Shown here in pieces: positions 42,160-58,068 of a stretch of 64,000 bases of DNA. The position numbers and the translations under genes are program-made. The stretch spans positions 242,048,001-242,112,000 of the forward strand of contig OZ024742.1 in assembly GCA_964016885.1 (NCBI GenBank). Reading direction: 5' to 3'. Position 1 is the stretch's first letter; each line of letters begins with the position of its first letter. Origin of the DNA: Eledone cirrhosa (lineage: Eukaryota). The notes beneath the pieces are model-generated. The model made no database searches. It was not told the DNA's origin and saw only the letters and a program-made list of their open reading frames with translations.

Positions 42160-42200
<41 letters not shown>

Positions 42201-42325
42201 ACTCATCATCACCATCACCATCACCATCATCATCTTCATCAACATCAACATCATCATCGTCATCATCATCATCATCACCATCATCATTGCCACATTCCTT
42301 ATCATCATCAGAATCATCATCATCA
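41168..42325. repeat. Compound trinucleotide microsatellites: (TAC)n, (TAG)n, (CAG)n, (TTG)n at 41168-41520 and (ATC)n at ~42014-42325
   Basis: Directly visible. These give the poly-L/S/T/V/H/M/D pseudo-ORFs. Confidence 0.95.
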
Positions 42326-42365
42326 ATTTTAGTTTTTTGCAAATCTCAGACACTTAGATGTTAAA

Positions 42366-42816
42366 CGCATTGGATATTTCAGTTTGGGAGCAGTAAACAT
42401 CAAGTTGACAAAGATCCCTTACTGTATCATCGCACTGGATATTTCAGTTTGGGAGCAGTAAACAGCAAGTTGACAAAGATCCCTTACTGTATCATCGCAC
42501 TGGATATTTCAGTTTGGGAGCAGTAAACATCAAGTTGACAAAGATCCCTTACTGTATCATCGCACTGGATATTTCAGTTTGGGAGCAGTAAACATCAAGT
42601 TGACAAAGATCCCTTACTGCATCATCGCACTGGATATTTCAGTTTGGGAGCAGTAAACAGCAAGTTGACAAAGATCCCTTACTGCATCATCGCACTGGAT
42701 ATTTCAGTTTGGGAGCAGTAAACAGCAAGTTGACAAAGATCCCTTACTGTATCATCGCACTGGATATTTCAGTTTGGGAACAGTAAACAGCAAGTTGACA
42801 AAGATCCCTTACTGCA
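42366..42816. repeat. 65-bp tandem array, ~7 near-identical copies
   Basis: Unit CGCACTGGATATTTCAGTTTGGGAGCAGTAAACAKCAAGTTGACAAAGATCCCTTACTGYATCAT. TGGAT recurs at 42371, 42436, 42501 and onward. Confidence 0.95.
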
Positions 42817-43575
42817 TTCTATCCCACGTCCTTGCATCGATTCTGCCTGATCTGTAACCTTACATCAATTTCAATTCTATTTACACAGTCCTCAAGACAG
42901 TCTCCAAAACTGACCGATATGTATCCCAATGCTCCAATAACCACTGGAATCACTAAAACCTTCTTCACCTCCCCATCATTTTCCAACATCCTCCTTCAGT
43001 AGCTCATACACCTATCTTTTCATGTTCTTTATCCTTCACTCTACTATCTTCTTTGACAGATAAATCTATAATTTGGACCTCTTCTTTCTTTTTGCTCTCA
43101 ACAAAAATTACTGGCATTTTTGCCTCAATTATTCAATCGCATTGACTGGTGAAGTCCCACAAATGCTTAAATTCACGATACTCTAATACTTATTCCGTTC
43201 TCTTCTCATACCATTTATCAGATAACATTTATCAGATAACATCTAATGAGTATATATGGAAAGAGTATCATGTCGTCATTTCTATAGTCGCTCTGCCAAC
43301 TTAACACCTTCGCTTGCAATATAGCTGATCGTTTCTCCTTTTCTTCTACACATTCCACATAGTGGTTTTATCGTTTTCTCAACATAATGTTTAATGTAGT
43401 TAGTTTCAAGAGCCTACTTCTGGGTTTTAGACACAAGTGCTTCGGTGTATCTTTTCAGATCGCCATTTTTAAACCACAACCAATACATTTTTTTTCAATC
43501 AATGCCTTCTTTATCTCTAGTGTACTGTCTACGCCTTCCTTTTCAAGTTCCTTTTCACTCTATTCTTGCATTCCT
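42817..43575 (-). mobile_element. Decayed RLE-type (R4/Dong/NeSL-like) non-LTR retrotransposon, 3' part
   Basis: Minus strand: CGMCRRKGETISYI (knuckle), LWDFTSQCD, IIDLSVKEDSRVKDKEHEK, VIPVVIGALGYI. Confidence 0.75.
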
Positions 43576-44836
43576 TGCCACCTGTATTGTAATCTTAATA
43601 ATTATGATATGTTTGTATTGCATGTACAAGCTCTGCATACTATAAACGAATCAGTATTGCATCAAATAAAATGCCTTCAGATATTTCTTCCAGCTCTTTA
43701 TCTTCTGACTTCAGTCATCCAGACGGCCAAAACAAGGCAAAAGTCGAGTACTGGGGTCAATTTAATTAATTTTGCTCTTTCCCGCAAACTGCTGGCTATG
43801 TGCCCATATCATAAACTATTATCGTTATATTGAAGATACCACGAATTTAGTAGAAGTAGAACATCGCTAGACAAAATACATTGTAATATATATTAACATC
43901 ATTTTTCGCCGAAAATTCAAATCTTGCTGAGTAAAGAACATCTTTCATATTTATCAGTATATATATATCATATATCAGTATATATCACATAAGCACAAGT
44001 CAAATATTGGGGTCTTTGTCATCGACTAAACTATTGCAACCGTTCTTATTAAAACGGTGGTGGTAAGATATGTGTGCGGCGAACAAATTGTCAGGAAATA
44101 AATTCTGAGTTCATGTTATGCACGGTTAAAATTCTAACGTGATTGACTCCTTCTTTTGATTCTTTAAAGAGAGATTAAGTAGAAAATATATTAACTGTTG
44201 GGATCCATATAAATGACACTTCGATCAGTCAGATTGGTAGGACTTGTGTCTACGTCAGAATAATATTGTTATATGTAAAATCATGCGAGTTAAAGCTCAA
44301 AGAAAACCAAATCAGATCTCAACCATTTTCACTGAACATGTGCATGAAGCTAAAATGAAATAGACAGTTAATCAGTCCCTTAGGAATATGTTTGGTAAAA
44401 ACTGATATGTATAAGAAATTTACTTAATTCGTAAATCTTTTAAAGTGTGAAGTACGGCGTCGTCTACATGTCTTAATACATCAGCGACAAGACTGAGGCA
44501 TATTATTATATTCCCAGTAGCTTTTGTTTGATATTTTCTATCCAGTGCTGCTTATTGATACGTACACAAGTATATATTACCAGCCGCTCACAAATACATA
44601 CACACACAAAAACAAGAACAGATAAACATAAATACACACACACACGCACGCACACACTCACACACACATACACACATACACACACACAAACACACATATT
44701 TATATATATATAGCTCAACACAATTGTACATCACTGAAGAAGCTTGTACAGCTAACGGGTGATTCAGCTGGAACTATCAAATATTATGAGAATGGGGAAA
44801 AAAGGAACACCACAACGTCCCGCATGGTCTACTATA

Positions 44837-45454
44837 TCTATATATATAAAACTGAGGTTGTCTGTCTGTCTGTCTACTAAAACGGTCGGCACACATCTCC
44901 TCTTAAACTGTACGTTCAAATTTCGGTGAAATTGCTACACTTATAGATGAAGGTCCGGCGGAGACATCGGTAAAAAAAAAATTCAAATCGACCCACGCCA
45001 AGTGCAAAAATCGAATTTGTAATATATTGATTTTTCAGTTCAAATGTATAAATAGAGATGAGAGAGGAGTTCTATCCCTTTTATGGCGTGGTCATGGGCA
45101 CTTTCATTTTTCCAGATATTCATTATAGGGCCTCCCGGTAAATAACCCCCTTTAATCACTTCCTTTGAGTCGACTGAAGCACTGCAGTGCAATGCAACAC
45201 CACGTCATAACTTCTGGAGTTCGCAACCGATTTTCACAAAACTTGACACATGGGCTATGTTTGTTCTACAGATGAATGTAAACTCTCAGAATTGGCACAT
45301 ATTGAGTAGGGGACCTCTGGGGGCAGGAACCCCCTTTTGGAAAAAAACGATGATTTTTTAAAGGTATAGTTTTCGAAGCAGCACTGAAGTATTGACATAA
45401 ATGGTATACATAACTGGTATTTAATACCCGAGCAACGCTGGGTACCTCTGCTAG
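44837..45454 (+). mobile_element. Non-autonomous Helitron
   Basis: A|TCTATATATATAAAACTGAGGTTGTCTGTC...CCCGAGCAACGCTGGG...CTAG|T. The termini are homologous to 33956-34889. Confidence 0.85.
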
Positions 45455-47089
45455 TCTAATATATATTTAATAAACTGAAGCAACTATGAAAATGACATGT
45501 GAGTCTATATACATATATTTAAACATTTATGTATATATATATGAAACTGGTGAACGCGCGGAAACTTGCACAAAGTTCCTCACAGGAGAGAGGAATTGAG
45601 AATCAGAGTAATGCGTTTATGTGTGTGTTTGTGTGTATGTATGTATGAGTGGATGAAGGTCCGTCTGTACTATTTCCCATAAAGTAGCTAGTCAATAAAT
45701 GCACATTAGCAAAGCGCGCAGTAATGGTTCTCTTGAAGGCGCTCCACCAGCTTAACCGTAATTCAATTATTGAAGACAGTAAGGGATGTAAGAATATGAG
45801 ATAATACATGCACATAAGTTATTTTACGCTATCCATTAATCATTACTAAAATGTGCCGTTCATTTTTATAATAATAAACAAATTAAAAATAAATGATTTT
45901 CTGTTACAGTTCACTAATGATAATATAGTAAATATTATGAGTAATATATATTGTTTACTTCAAAGATGAAATTAGGCATCACGCCACTTCAATCGAATAC
46001 ATTCTCTTATATAAATGATGGCTCAAATACACAGAAGTGTAAATATATGATTCTCTTTTTCGTGTCATTTTAACTGGAGCATTCCCAAAGAAGATTCTAA
46101 AATAAATATAGGATTTATATACGCCAAGACTTTGCTACACTAGATTCTATCTAAAATCATTGTCAGTATTGTGTTGCTTGTTTTTTGTTCCTATTTGGAC
46201 AAGAGATAGCCAGTATTATACGAACATATATTACTTGTCTTAATAACATCTGTAACTAGAGAATTGAAAAGGTTAATGTTACAGGGTCTGACCTACCATT
46301 CAATTGTGTTGATGAATTAGTCGAAGGAATTAGTTCACATTGAAGCTTCACATCATTGGTGCCACAATGTCACAATAATTCAAGAATGATGTTATCAATT
46401 CCAATAATTAGCGGTTACAAAAAGCTGTAGAAAAATCATAATTTAGAGAGTAAAATTTAGTCTATTGAGTGAGTGAGAAGAATAATAATCATTTTCACTA
46501 TTTCTGGGGAAAATTATGTTGTGATATGTTTCAACGCTAATCCGTTGTTTGTATGTTTAAAATATTACCACTATCAATCTCAATGGAATTTCATTCAAAG
46601 TAGCAGCAATTTCGCAACGATTAGGTTATTTATCAATATATTGAAGAAATATAACACTGATATTAACGTTATCCCTTTCAACTGACATTAGCAGTATCAC
46701 CCATGGCTAGATAACTTTCTCTTTACACGAAACCAGCGTAATTAATTACACTCATGAGAGTATTTCAGCAGTAAATATTAAACTAATATATGTACGTATA
46801 TATATACACACATACACACACATATATATATATATATATAGACACACACACACATACACAGATAATGATAGATACGAAAACCAAAATTCGAAGAGGGCTC
46901 GATAAGGATTGTACATATATAAGTATAGAGTTAAAGTAGAAATTCTTTGCTTAAACATTAATCTGTACTAATAATTGTTTTTACTTTAGGCACAAGATAG
47001 CAAGTTTGGCTGATAACCAAATGCTGAAGCTGGCACATTACTGTACCAGCTCCTGCAATTCTTGCACTTAATTCAGTCCACTGCTTTCC

Positions 47090-47528
47090 ATCATTCATGA
47101 ATCCAACTCTGAGATACATGAACGTCTACACCTGCTTCAGTGGAACTCCATTCACATATAGAGTGTACTGCGCAGACTTCCTTTAGAAGATGAGTGTCAT
47201 AGCACTGAATTTCATTCCACCCATGCAGCCCTCAGATTCAAACCTATCAAATGCAAGTCGGAGATCAAATTCTGACGAGTTAAGTAATACGATGTCATAT
47301 GCAAATTCCAGGCGACCGATTCTACACTCGCCAGTCAGGATAACACTTCCAGCCTGGCTGCACATGTCAACCATTTTTACAAAAGAATGAACAGGAGAGG
47401 TGACAGTACACAGCCTTAGTGGAATCCGTTTCCGACATTAAAATGGTTTAGATTTAAAACCATGTATCCGAACACACATACTTGGGCATTCGTACAGAGA
47501 CATCAGGGCAGCAATGAGCTGACCATCT
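47090..47528 (-). mobile_element. RTE-clade LINE reverse transcriptase fragment
   Basis: Minus strand: SKPFNVGNGFH*GCVLSPLLFILF...RLEFAYDIVLL...GMKFS. Confidence 0.8.
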
Positions 47529-47595
47529 TCTCAACCATGCGGTTTCGATATGATCTGTATACCTTATATTCCATATCTCCTCTTATCCCAAACAA

Positions 47596-47697
47596 TTTTC
47601 CTCTGATGATTGAAGAAAATACTCCCTATATTGGTTGATCGAGTATTTTGAAACAATAGGTATTATTTTGCGAATCACGAAACAATTGTTGGGAGAA
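47596..47697 (+). ncRNA. Hammerhead motif with a long, imperfect stem II
   Basis: TTTTCCT-CTGATGA-[69 nt]-GAAA-CAATTG-TT-GGGAGAA. The stem II closing pair is mismatched. Confidence 0.55.
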
Positions 47698-47767
47698 AAA
47701 TATAAGTTATACTGGCTTATTTTTGTCGGTCTAGCTTTAATACTAAGATTTTGGCGTAAGTTTAACC

Positions 47768-47823
<56 letters not shown>

Positions 47824-47824
<1 letters not shown>

Positions 47825-48672
47825 GAAGTTCTATCTAAATTGTTGGGACACAACAAGCAAATATTTTTATAACTGATATCAACAAATTATTGGAGTAAAG
47901 ATACGATATGTTAACAAATGGAAACTATATTTATAAAACCATATTTATTTCATTATACAAGGACACCAAGTTAAATTATGGTGTGCTTTCATCAGATAAA
48001 ATATAATATAGAGCAGTTTTATAATAAATATTGACATACCCTTAAAGAATGCGACCATTATAGATTTTAATATATAGATCTCAATTTTTAATGTATAAAT
48101 CTCAATAATCTAATTGATAAACTAAACATTTAATCATATTTAATGGTTAAAATTCTCCTATTATTTATGTATTTTCCATTCACGCTTACTTACTCTTCTT
48201 TACTCATCCATTAAATAGTTATTCTTTCACTTCATCTCAAAAGTTAAGCTAATACAACAACCTATCACTTAGAGCTTTCTCTTTCGCTTTCTCTTTTCTT
48301 TTTTCTTTTTTCTTTTTTCTTCTTTCTCCTTTTCTTATTTTTCTTATTTTCCTCTTAGTGTTTGCTCTTTTTTCTCTTTTTTTCTCTCTCTTTCTCCATA
48401 ACCCAACGGCTTATTTAAATCTACTGTCATTCAAAAATATCCGACACTAATTTGCATAATAGTATAAATAAATTTATAACCCCACTATCCGGGAGCTTCC
48501 AACAGAATTAGTCGCATTCTTTAAGGGTATGTCAATAATTATTTATAAAACTACTCTATATTATATTTTATCTGATAAAAGCACACCATAATTTAACTTG
48601 GTGTCCTTGAAATATGTATAATGAAATAAATATGGTTTTATAAATATAGTTTCTATTTGTTAATATATCGTA
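47824..48672 (-). mobile_element. Family A copy with a ~455-bp spacer (arms 47902-48055 / 48511-48672) plus tail
   Basis: Inverted arms. Hammerhead at 48565-48627 (core CTGATAA). The left arm has CTGATGA but lacks the GAAA segment. Confidence 0.82.
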
Positions 48673-48680
48673 TATATATA

Positions 48681-48737
<57 letters not shown>

Positions 48738-48740
48738 TGC

Positions 48741-49790
<1,050 letters not shown>

Positions 49791-49830
49791 CTGTATATAT
49801 ATATAATATATATATAATAATTGTGTAATT

Positions 49831-49861
<31 letters not shown>

Positions 49862-49934
49862 TTATAAATTACACAATTATTATATATATGTATGTATATA
49901 TAAATATATATACATATGTATATATATATATATT

Positions 49935-49966
<32 letters not shown>

Positions 49967-49975
49967 TATATACAT

Positions 49976-50019
<44 letters not shown>

Positions 50020-50346
50020 TTTGTGTATGCGTGTGTGAGTGTGCGTGCGTGCCATACTTGATACACCAAATATTTGAATGCTTAAAGTTTGCTTGCTTTT
50101 GTTCCTCTTTATATTTGATTTGCGTAGCTTTTTCCATAAGCTGAAAGAAGCTGTCCCCCTACTCCCACTTTACATATATAAAAAAATTATATATTTCAGG
50201 TCCAGTAGCGAAATATATTTTATTTTATAAACTAATGCCTCAGTTTTTCTATTGATACACATATTTAACTGGCTAATTCTAACATACATATTTTCCTAAA
50301 CAGATTTATGTGTAATTATCGTACTTTCTCTTTCATATATGTACAC

Positions 50347-50412
<66 letters not shown>

Positions 50413-50857
50413 AAGTTTATTTCTACCCCCTTTGTCATCTATATTTCAATAAATCCGTCACTTTTTCCCTCTCCTAAAACTTCTTTCGTTTAGTTTCTTT
50501 CTATAATTCGGCATTGTATTTTTCTCAATGTATTAAAAGGACAACGCAAAGGAAGAATGAATCGAAATTTGTGTCGTTTTCGTCATTGAAAGTAACTTTG
50601 CGGCCGACTTCAAAGAATCCAGTATATAGTTTAGGTTTTATTTATGAGAATTATTTAACAGCATCCCTCTGCTTTCCATCAGTTGTTATCGGTCTAGTAA
50701 GTAAAAAAAAAAGAACACGTCTTTGTTATTTTACACACTAACATTGATGACGCCATAGGAAGCGTTTTCTTTTGATCAATATACTCACAAACACAAAATG
50801 TATACATAGAAACACAACTGCATATATTATATGTATATTTACACAAACTCACAAACA

Positions 50858-50948
<91 letters not shown>

Positions 50949-50990
50949 ATACATATATGTATATATGTATATACACATATATATATATAT

Positions 50991-51113
<123 letters not shown>

Positions 51114-51744
51114 TGTGTATGTGTACATAAATACATGTGCATATGTGTATATTAATATATTTATTATATATCCGTTTGTTCGTCTGCATATATATGTTTG
51201 AATATATGTATGCGTGCGTGTATGTGTGTCTATGTTTATATACACTCTCTATATTTATAGTGCGTTTGTGATCTACCCCTACTTAGCCCTTTACTTAGCG
51301 TTTAGACAAATAGAGAATGATAAAATCAGAGTCAAAATCTATTCATACACTCGATGTCATCGATACGCCTCCAAGGGAGCGTTCTCTGTGCCAGTAATCC
51401 AACACATAAAGGAACTAAGCTGTAACTTATACTCTACTGTTTCTTATCTATTAAAAAAGAAACTTTCTACAATCTACCTCTCAGTAATGAGTGACCATAA
51501 ATGCAATGCTTGAATGTTTTAAATACCACGGTATTTTATACTCAGATTCCTTCCTCTTCTCACAATTTAACTTTCTTTTCATCTTTTATTTCTTATTCTA
51601 TCCTCTCATTAAAGACAGGTGTCCTAAACGTAAAGACTCGTTTCCTACTATTAAACGTTAAACTAATAGATTTTGTCATTGAACTGTGTTGTTTGCTTTA
51701 CTGTTCCCATATATATATATATATATATATACAGAGAGAGAGAG

Positions 51745-51823
<79 letters not shown>

Positions 51824-52063
51824 AAGATTGACATATTTGCTAGAGCATTGGAAGAATCTGATTTGAAATCCCGCCGAGGTTATCTTTGCTTTTCATCCTT
51901 TCTGGTTTTAATAAATATTATACCAATCTAAGTTTCATTGATTGGTTGAAAAGCTAAATCAAAAAATGAGATACCTTGTGGTATCTGTTTCGGTTCGGTT
52001 TGCTTTGTGTTCAAATCCCGCTCCTTATCACCAAAAATTGAATATTATTTACTGCACAGTAAA

Positions 52064-52198
52064 TTACGGCCCTTTCCATTCTGAGTTCAAATCCCTGCCG
52101 ATGTTAACTTTGCCTTTCATCCTTACGGGGTCGATAAAATAAAGTACCAGTAATGCACTGGGTAATTGCTAGCCTTGTGCCAAAAGTAGAAATAATTA
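52064..52198 (+). mobile_element. tRNA-derived SINE (same family), partial
   Basis: GAGTTCAAATCC...GGGGTCGATAAAATAAAGTACCAGT. Confidence 0.75.
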
Positions 52199-53801
52199 TA
52201 TACTGCATTCTAAATTTCAGTTTAGAAAAACAAATAACGGTCTACAGAAAAAAAGATTTAATCATAAGTTCATAGAAAATCAAACAGGAAAATATATATT
52301 ATGTCCCTTTCTATTGAAATAATCTTTTATCGCATTTTATTGTCTGACCTCGACTATATTTCTCCTACTCTCACTTCACACATGTGACTATGTACTGCGT
52401 TTATTAATGCACACTGATCTCATAAATAACACAAGGCCAGACATTTTGGGAGATAGAACACTCCATGACTTCACTGATACTTTATGTTCTCGAGTGAGAT
52501 AAGATGAAAGACAACGCCAGGTTGTCCGTGAATTGAACTCAGAAAGTAAACGGCTGTACCTAAATACCCGAAAATATTTTTATAAGCTCCAACGGTTTTG
52601 CTAATCCACACCCACTGAACTTGTATGAATATTGATATAATAAAAAAATCATCTTTGTTTTAATTACAATCGATTAAAGATAATCCAGTATGTCAATCGC
52701 CGCTGAGCGATGATTGATAGAATCAGTACAGAGGTATCTAATTAAATCTCTTGTATATTCTGAAATCAATTTCAGCTGAGGAGGATATAATTAAGGATCT
52801 CTAAATTTTCACCTTCTCCAAATAACTCAGTTTTTCCCCTTTCCTTGTGTTCATATAGTATGCAGCTGTCAGATCCGTTACAACCCACTATAGTCAATCG
52901 TTCCTTCTCAGAAAGTTGATTCTCTGGAATTCCCTTTCTGTCTATGATGTTCCTGCAACCGTAACCCCTTACTTCTTATTACGGCTCACATATTACAGAA
53001 TTAACTGTCTTCTTATGAGTATGTTTCTTACGTGTTAATGATAAGGACCCCAGTCCTATTATATCTCTACTTTTTCGACGACTGAGTATTAGAACACACA
53101 TCAACGACGTTTGAAAAATTCAACCAATTTGTCTACGTGGCAAATTTATCGACAACAGAAGTATGAATAGCAAAGTTGATCTTGATGGGCTTTTAACTTA
53201 GAGGGCAAAATGTCTGAGTAAATTTCACAAAGCTTTTAATCCGTCACTTTGAATATTCTACCAATTCACCCATGTAGCATATATTGAAGGAGAAATTTTA
53301 ACCACTCCGATATCAATATCGAGAATTGCTTGCAAATTCTATTATCGCATCTTTTTTTCAGAATGATTATGGTGTGAGTTAAAATGCTTTGAGTTCTTTA
53401 GTTACGAACCAATATCATTTGAGTTCAATCTCACCGAAAACGTCTTTGCATTTCATTTTTCCTTCTAGATTCGATACAATAATGTACTGCTCAAGTACTG
53501 GGTCGATTATACTTTGACATATCTGAAGCTTAGTACCTCTGTAGGGAATTAATATTAATTGATATCTTAAATTCCTTATTACACAATCATTGCTACCACA
53601 GATATATATGCATCTTACTATGATATACTTCACTCACAACCACAATTTACTGGTGTGCACACATGGGTTCTCCTTTTAAAGTCTGCCTCTGTCCAGATTT
53701 TTAAAACTTCACGTCTCTCGCGCCCTCTTTATTATTTTCAAGAAATCTCCGTCATATATTTTTCTCTCGTATAGTAACGTACACACACACACACAAACAC
53801 A

Positions 53802-53884
<83 letters not shown>

Positions 53885-54199
53885 ACACACACATACACAC
53901 ACATACACACACACACCCACACACACACATACACAGGAAAACCTTCCATATGCAACAATCTGAAAATCACGCGCACGAACATGCATACGCTGACACTTTC
54001 TCGTGTAAGAATGTGTCGATTTTTCAAATTTTTGCTTACACATCTATAATTGACGATGTTCTATATATATTTGCCAAATTTCTTTGCTGGATATACCCAC
54101 CTAACTACTTACCTACATGTCTGCCTGCACGCACGCACACATAAATATACATATACACACAACACAGACGCAAAATACACACACACATATATATATATA

Positions 54200-54276
<77 letters not shown>

Positions 54277-54343
54277 ATATATATATATATGTATATATAT
54301 ATGTGTGTGTGTGTGTATAAATATATATAGATATGTATGTGTT

Positions 54344-54383
<40 letters not shown>

Positions 54384-54428
54384 TATGTATGTATATATGT
54401 GTGTGTGTGTGTGTATAAATATATATAG

Positions 54429-54462
<34 letters not shown>

Positions 54463-54737
54463 GTAGACAGAAGTACTAGAAGATTTGGAGTCTTAGAATA
54501 TGCAAATGAATTTTGTTATGCTTATTTCCTTATTTCTGATATCTGCATTATCTCTTTACAACCATATACATGTTATCATACATGTTATGATATCGAAATA
54601 TATTTGTGCCTATCCATTTCCTACGCCTCACATACGCACGCACAAATGTACACGTACACACATATACAAGTATAACTTAATTTATATGTGTATATGCATG
54701 TATATATATGTGTATATATATATACATGTATATATGC

Positions 54738-54787
<50 letters not shown>

Positions 54788-54832
54788 GTATATATGTATA
54801 TAATATGTATATATATATATACACACACACAT

Positions 54833-54879
<47 letters not shown>

Positions 54880-55385
54880 CATATATGTATATTTGTGTGT
54901 GTGTACATATGTAAACCCATATGCCTACATACATATATACATATATGTGACTGTGTAAGTGTGTGTTATTTTACATACGTGTAATTTTCTATATAATTAA
55001 ATAACATATACTATGTATGTGTTTCATGCGTGTTTGTGTGAGCGTAGGAGTGCATATGCGTTTGTGCATAATGGGAATATGTGCTTAATTGTAGTTGTCT
55101 TTATAAAAATAAACAAAGAAAACGAATAAATAGTAGCTAAAAGTGACATCTAACAATAAAATTACAACAAGTGTAAAATATTCTTTGGAAATATATTTAC
55201 CAATATGATAGAGAACATTAAATCTAAAAAGGAAATAATTATGCGAAACAGCTTCTTTATAAGAGAATATCTTAATCTTTCTTTCCGGCATCGAGACATG
55301 TAATTGAACACCATTCTCAGCTTGTAATATTAGCAACAAAAGCTATTGTTTCAGCAACATTTTTCTATAAGTATTATATATACAT

Positions 55386-55510
<125 letters not shown>

Positions 55511-55717
55511 CGTATAATACTTATATATATATATATATATTATACACACACACAAATACATATATATATATACATGCATGCGTACATATAAACATACGTC
55601 ACGGTGTGTTTACACACATACATATATATTTATTTGCCATTCTTTTGTTATTGATCTTAGCCTGGATTTTATTTAATGTTTATAACACGATGCATATATT
55701 AGTTGGCGCGTGCACAA

Positions 55718-55777
<60 letters not shown>

Positions 55778-56278
55778 AAACACTCAAACACACACACACA
55801 CACATGTTAGAAATAACTTCTCAAATTTATAGATATTTGCGTGTTAAAAAAAAGACGAAATAATCAAATATATTTGCACAAAATTTGAGATGTTGCTTGC
55901 GAAATATTCTACACACATCTAAGATATACTTGCATAAATCTGTCCAGCTCTTAGTCTGGCCGCATCGTTTATGCAGGAAGCGCAATGTTGGCCTAAATTC
56001 TTAGAATTTAGTGGAAAGATACTCAAGATTTCCTGTTCTTATTCTATGTCTTTATGTCTTTATGACAAGTGCAAAAGAAAAATATATATGTTGTCACATA
56101 CAAGCGCAAAGGCGAAGACCAAGAAGAAATTCACAAAACATAGCTACTTCAATAAATGTGAATTTCTACTTCAACAGTAAATATCCTTTTCTCTTTTTCC
56201 CTCTTCACCTTCATATATATGCCGATTGTTACTTCTTCTTATCATAAGAGTGCCATCCCTTCATTTAACATTGCATGA

Positions 56279-56870
56279 TCATATGCAGGCAGTTGACTTT
56301 TCAGATACACTTTGTCTGTAGGTGCGTTTACAAATGTGACACTTGAACTGTCTGTCTCCTGGTAATACCGAATGGGGTGTGTCTTCATGCATTATATCAT
56401 GCCTGGTTTGTCCACCAGCTGACTTGCAAATTATATCATACTTATTGCAAAAGTACTGTTGAGTGCGTGGCGGTAGAACCATCTCACAAGTGGCCCAATT
56501 TCTCCTTGGCTCGCGTAACTGCAGATACAGCTCTTGATAGAAGAAAACAACCACATACATTGCACCTCAATTCCTGTTGGATTTTTGTGTAGGCACTGCA
56601 CTCAGGTTCCGCTCACGGAGTGAATGCTTCAAAGCAACATGCTCCATTAGCTTCTTCTCAAAGACATCACATCCATATTTGGTGATCATTCTCCATGATG
56701 TACAGCCTTCAGCCAATGTCTCTCAATTCTCCATATCAATCTTCATGACTTTAAGATTGTCTTTTATGACATCCCTAAACCACTTCTTTGGTTTATGCTA
56801 TGCTGTTCCCCCTGAACAGTTCCTCATCTTCCATCCTGACAACATGAACAGCCCGACGCATGTGGTTCAT
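56279..56870 (-). mobile_element. Decayed LINE C-terminal fragment(s) with zinc-finger-like remnants (RTE-like)
   Basis: YFCNKYDIICKSAGGQTRH and FKCHICKRTY in ORF 56279-56560. Boundaries are uncertain. Confidence 0.45.
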
Positions 56871-57095
56871 AATAATTCTCTTCTACTAGTGTATTTTTCT
56901 GTTTCGTCTTCTTACTCTTGTCTGTCTTTCTATTTCTTCTTTTCTATTTCATTTAACTTTTGATGAAAGACTAATGTCCGAAAGATTTAGAATTTTTAAC
57001 CACTATTTCAAGTGGTAAACTAATAAGTAACTTCATTGTACTGTATCATTTCCATGTGTCATCTATCCATTTACATATCGCATTTATATATATAA

Positions 57096-57127
<32 letters not shown>

Positions 57128-57399
57128 TTGTGTTTGTGTGTGTGCTTGTTTGTGTGTGTGTGCGACTATGTGTGTGTGTGTGTGTGTGTGTGTGTCTGTG
57201 TGGAAATTCTTTTTCAAACGAACTGAGGATTGCTGGCTGACGTGAGATTAATCAATTAAATTTAATCTTCTAAAGTTTTAACATCATAGAACTGAGTATT
57301 CTACGAAAATGTATGGTTAATTACCACGTAGTAGACTCGAGTTTAAATCGGCTTGCTGTTTCGTTACATGAGAGTTTGTCTAAGTTAACTTTCGAGGGT

Positions 57400-57722
57400 A
57401 TTTGAATGGCAAGCGGCTCAGTGACCTTATTTGTATCAGTGAGCTGCTCAACATTACCAAACTTAGACCAATTACATCAATTGTCGAGTCAAGAGTACTC
57501 AAAGTACACGGTCATATAAAAAGATCAACTCGTGGTATGAGTAGGTTATGCTTGGAAGGAGGGTTGGTTGGTAAGCGAAGCAGAGGCCGGCAGCCAAAAC
57601 GATGGCTTGACAATCTCAACTTATAGACTGGACTTGATCTTTGCTCTTTGAACCCTGCTACTGGTGATCCAACTTTGTGGAGAGAGATATCACATAATAT
57701 CACTGGCGGAGTCACAAGAAGA
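57400..57722 (+). mobile_element. RTE-clade LINE 3' fragment
   Basis: ITSIVESRVLKVHGHIKR...LEGGLVGKRSRGRQPKRWLDNL, a typical RTE C-terminus. Confidence 0.8.
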
Positions 57723-58068
57723 AATATGATATATTACCACTATTTTTACATATCGAGTACTCATTCATTCGTAAATACGAATTCACACGCATATAAGAGT
57801 ATATATGCATATATGTATAGATACAAAGCTTTCCATCCAGATTTCTTATAACTCAACCAAATATTATCCTTATTATGCTTTTTTGCGGTCGATGTAGTGG
57901 TGTGGATTTGCTGTTTAATTCAACCAAGTGAAGTAAAATAAATTTCTAATTTACAAGTTTACCATTGGTTTTCTGGTAACTGCTTCGTGCTCAATACATA
58001 ATGCTTCACAATTTTTCATGTCTTCCTGATTGTAAAAATTAATGTACAAAATATAATTTAGAGATATA

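Noticed and set aside
42366-42816. CRISPR-like appearance of the periodic array
   Set aside because: The whole 65-bp unit repeats, there are no unique spacers or cas genes, and the context is eukaryotic.
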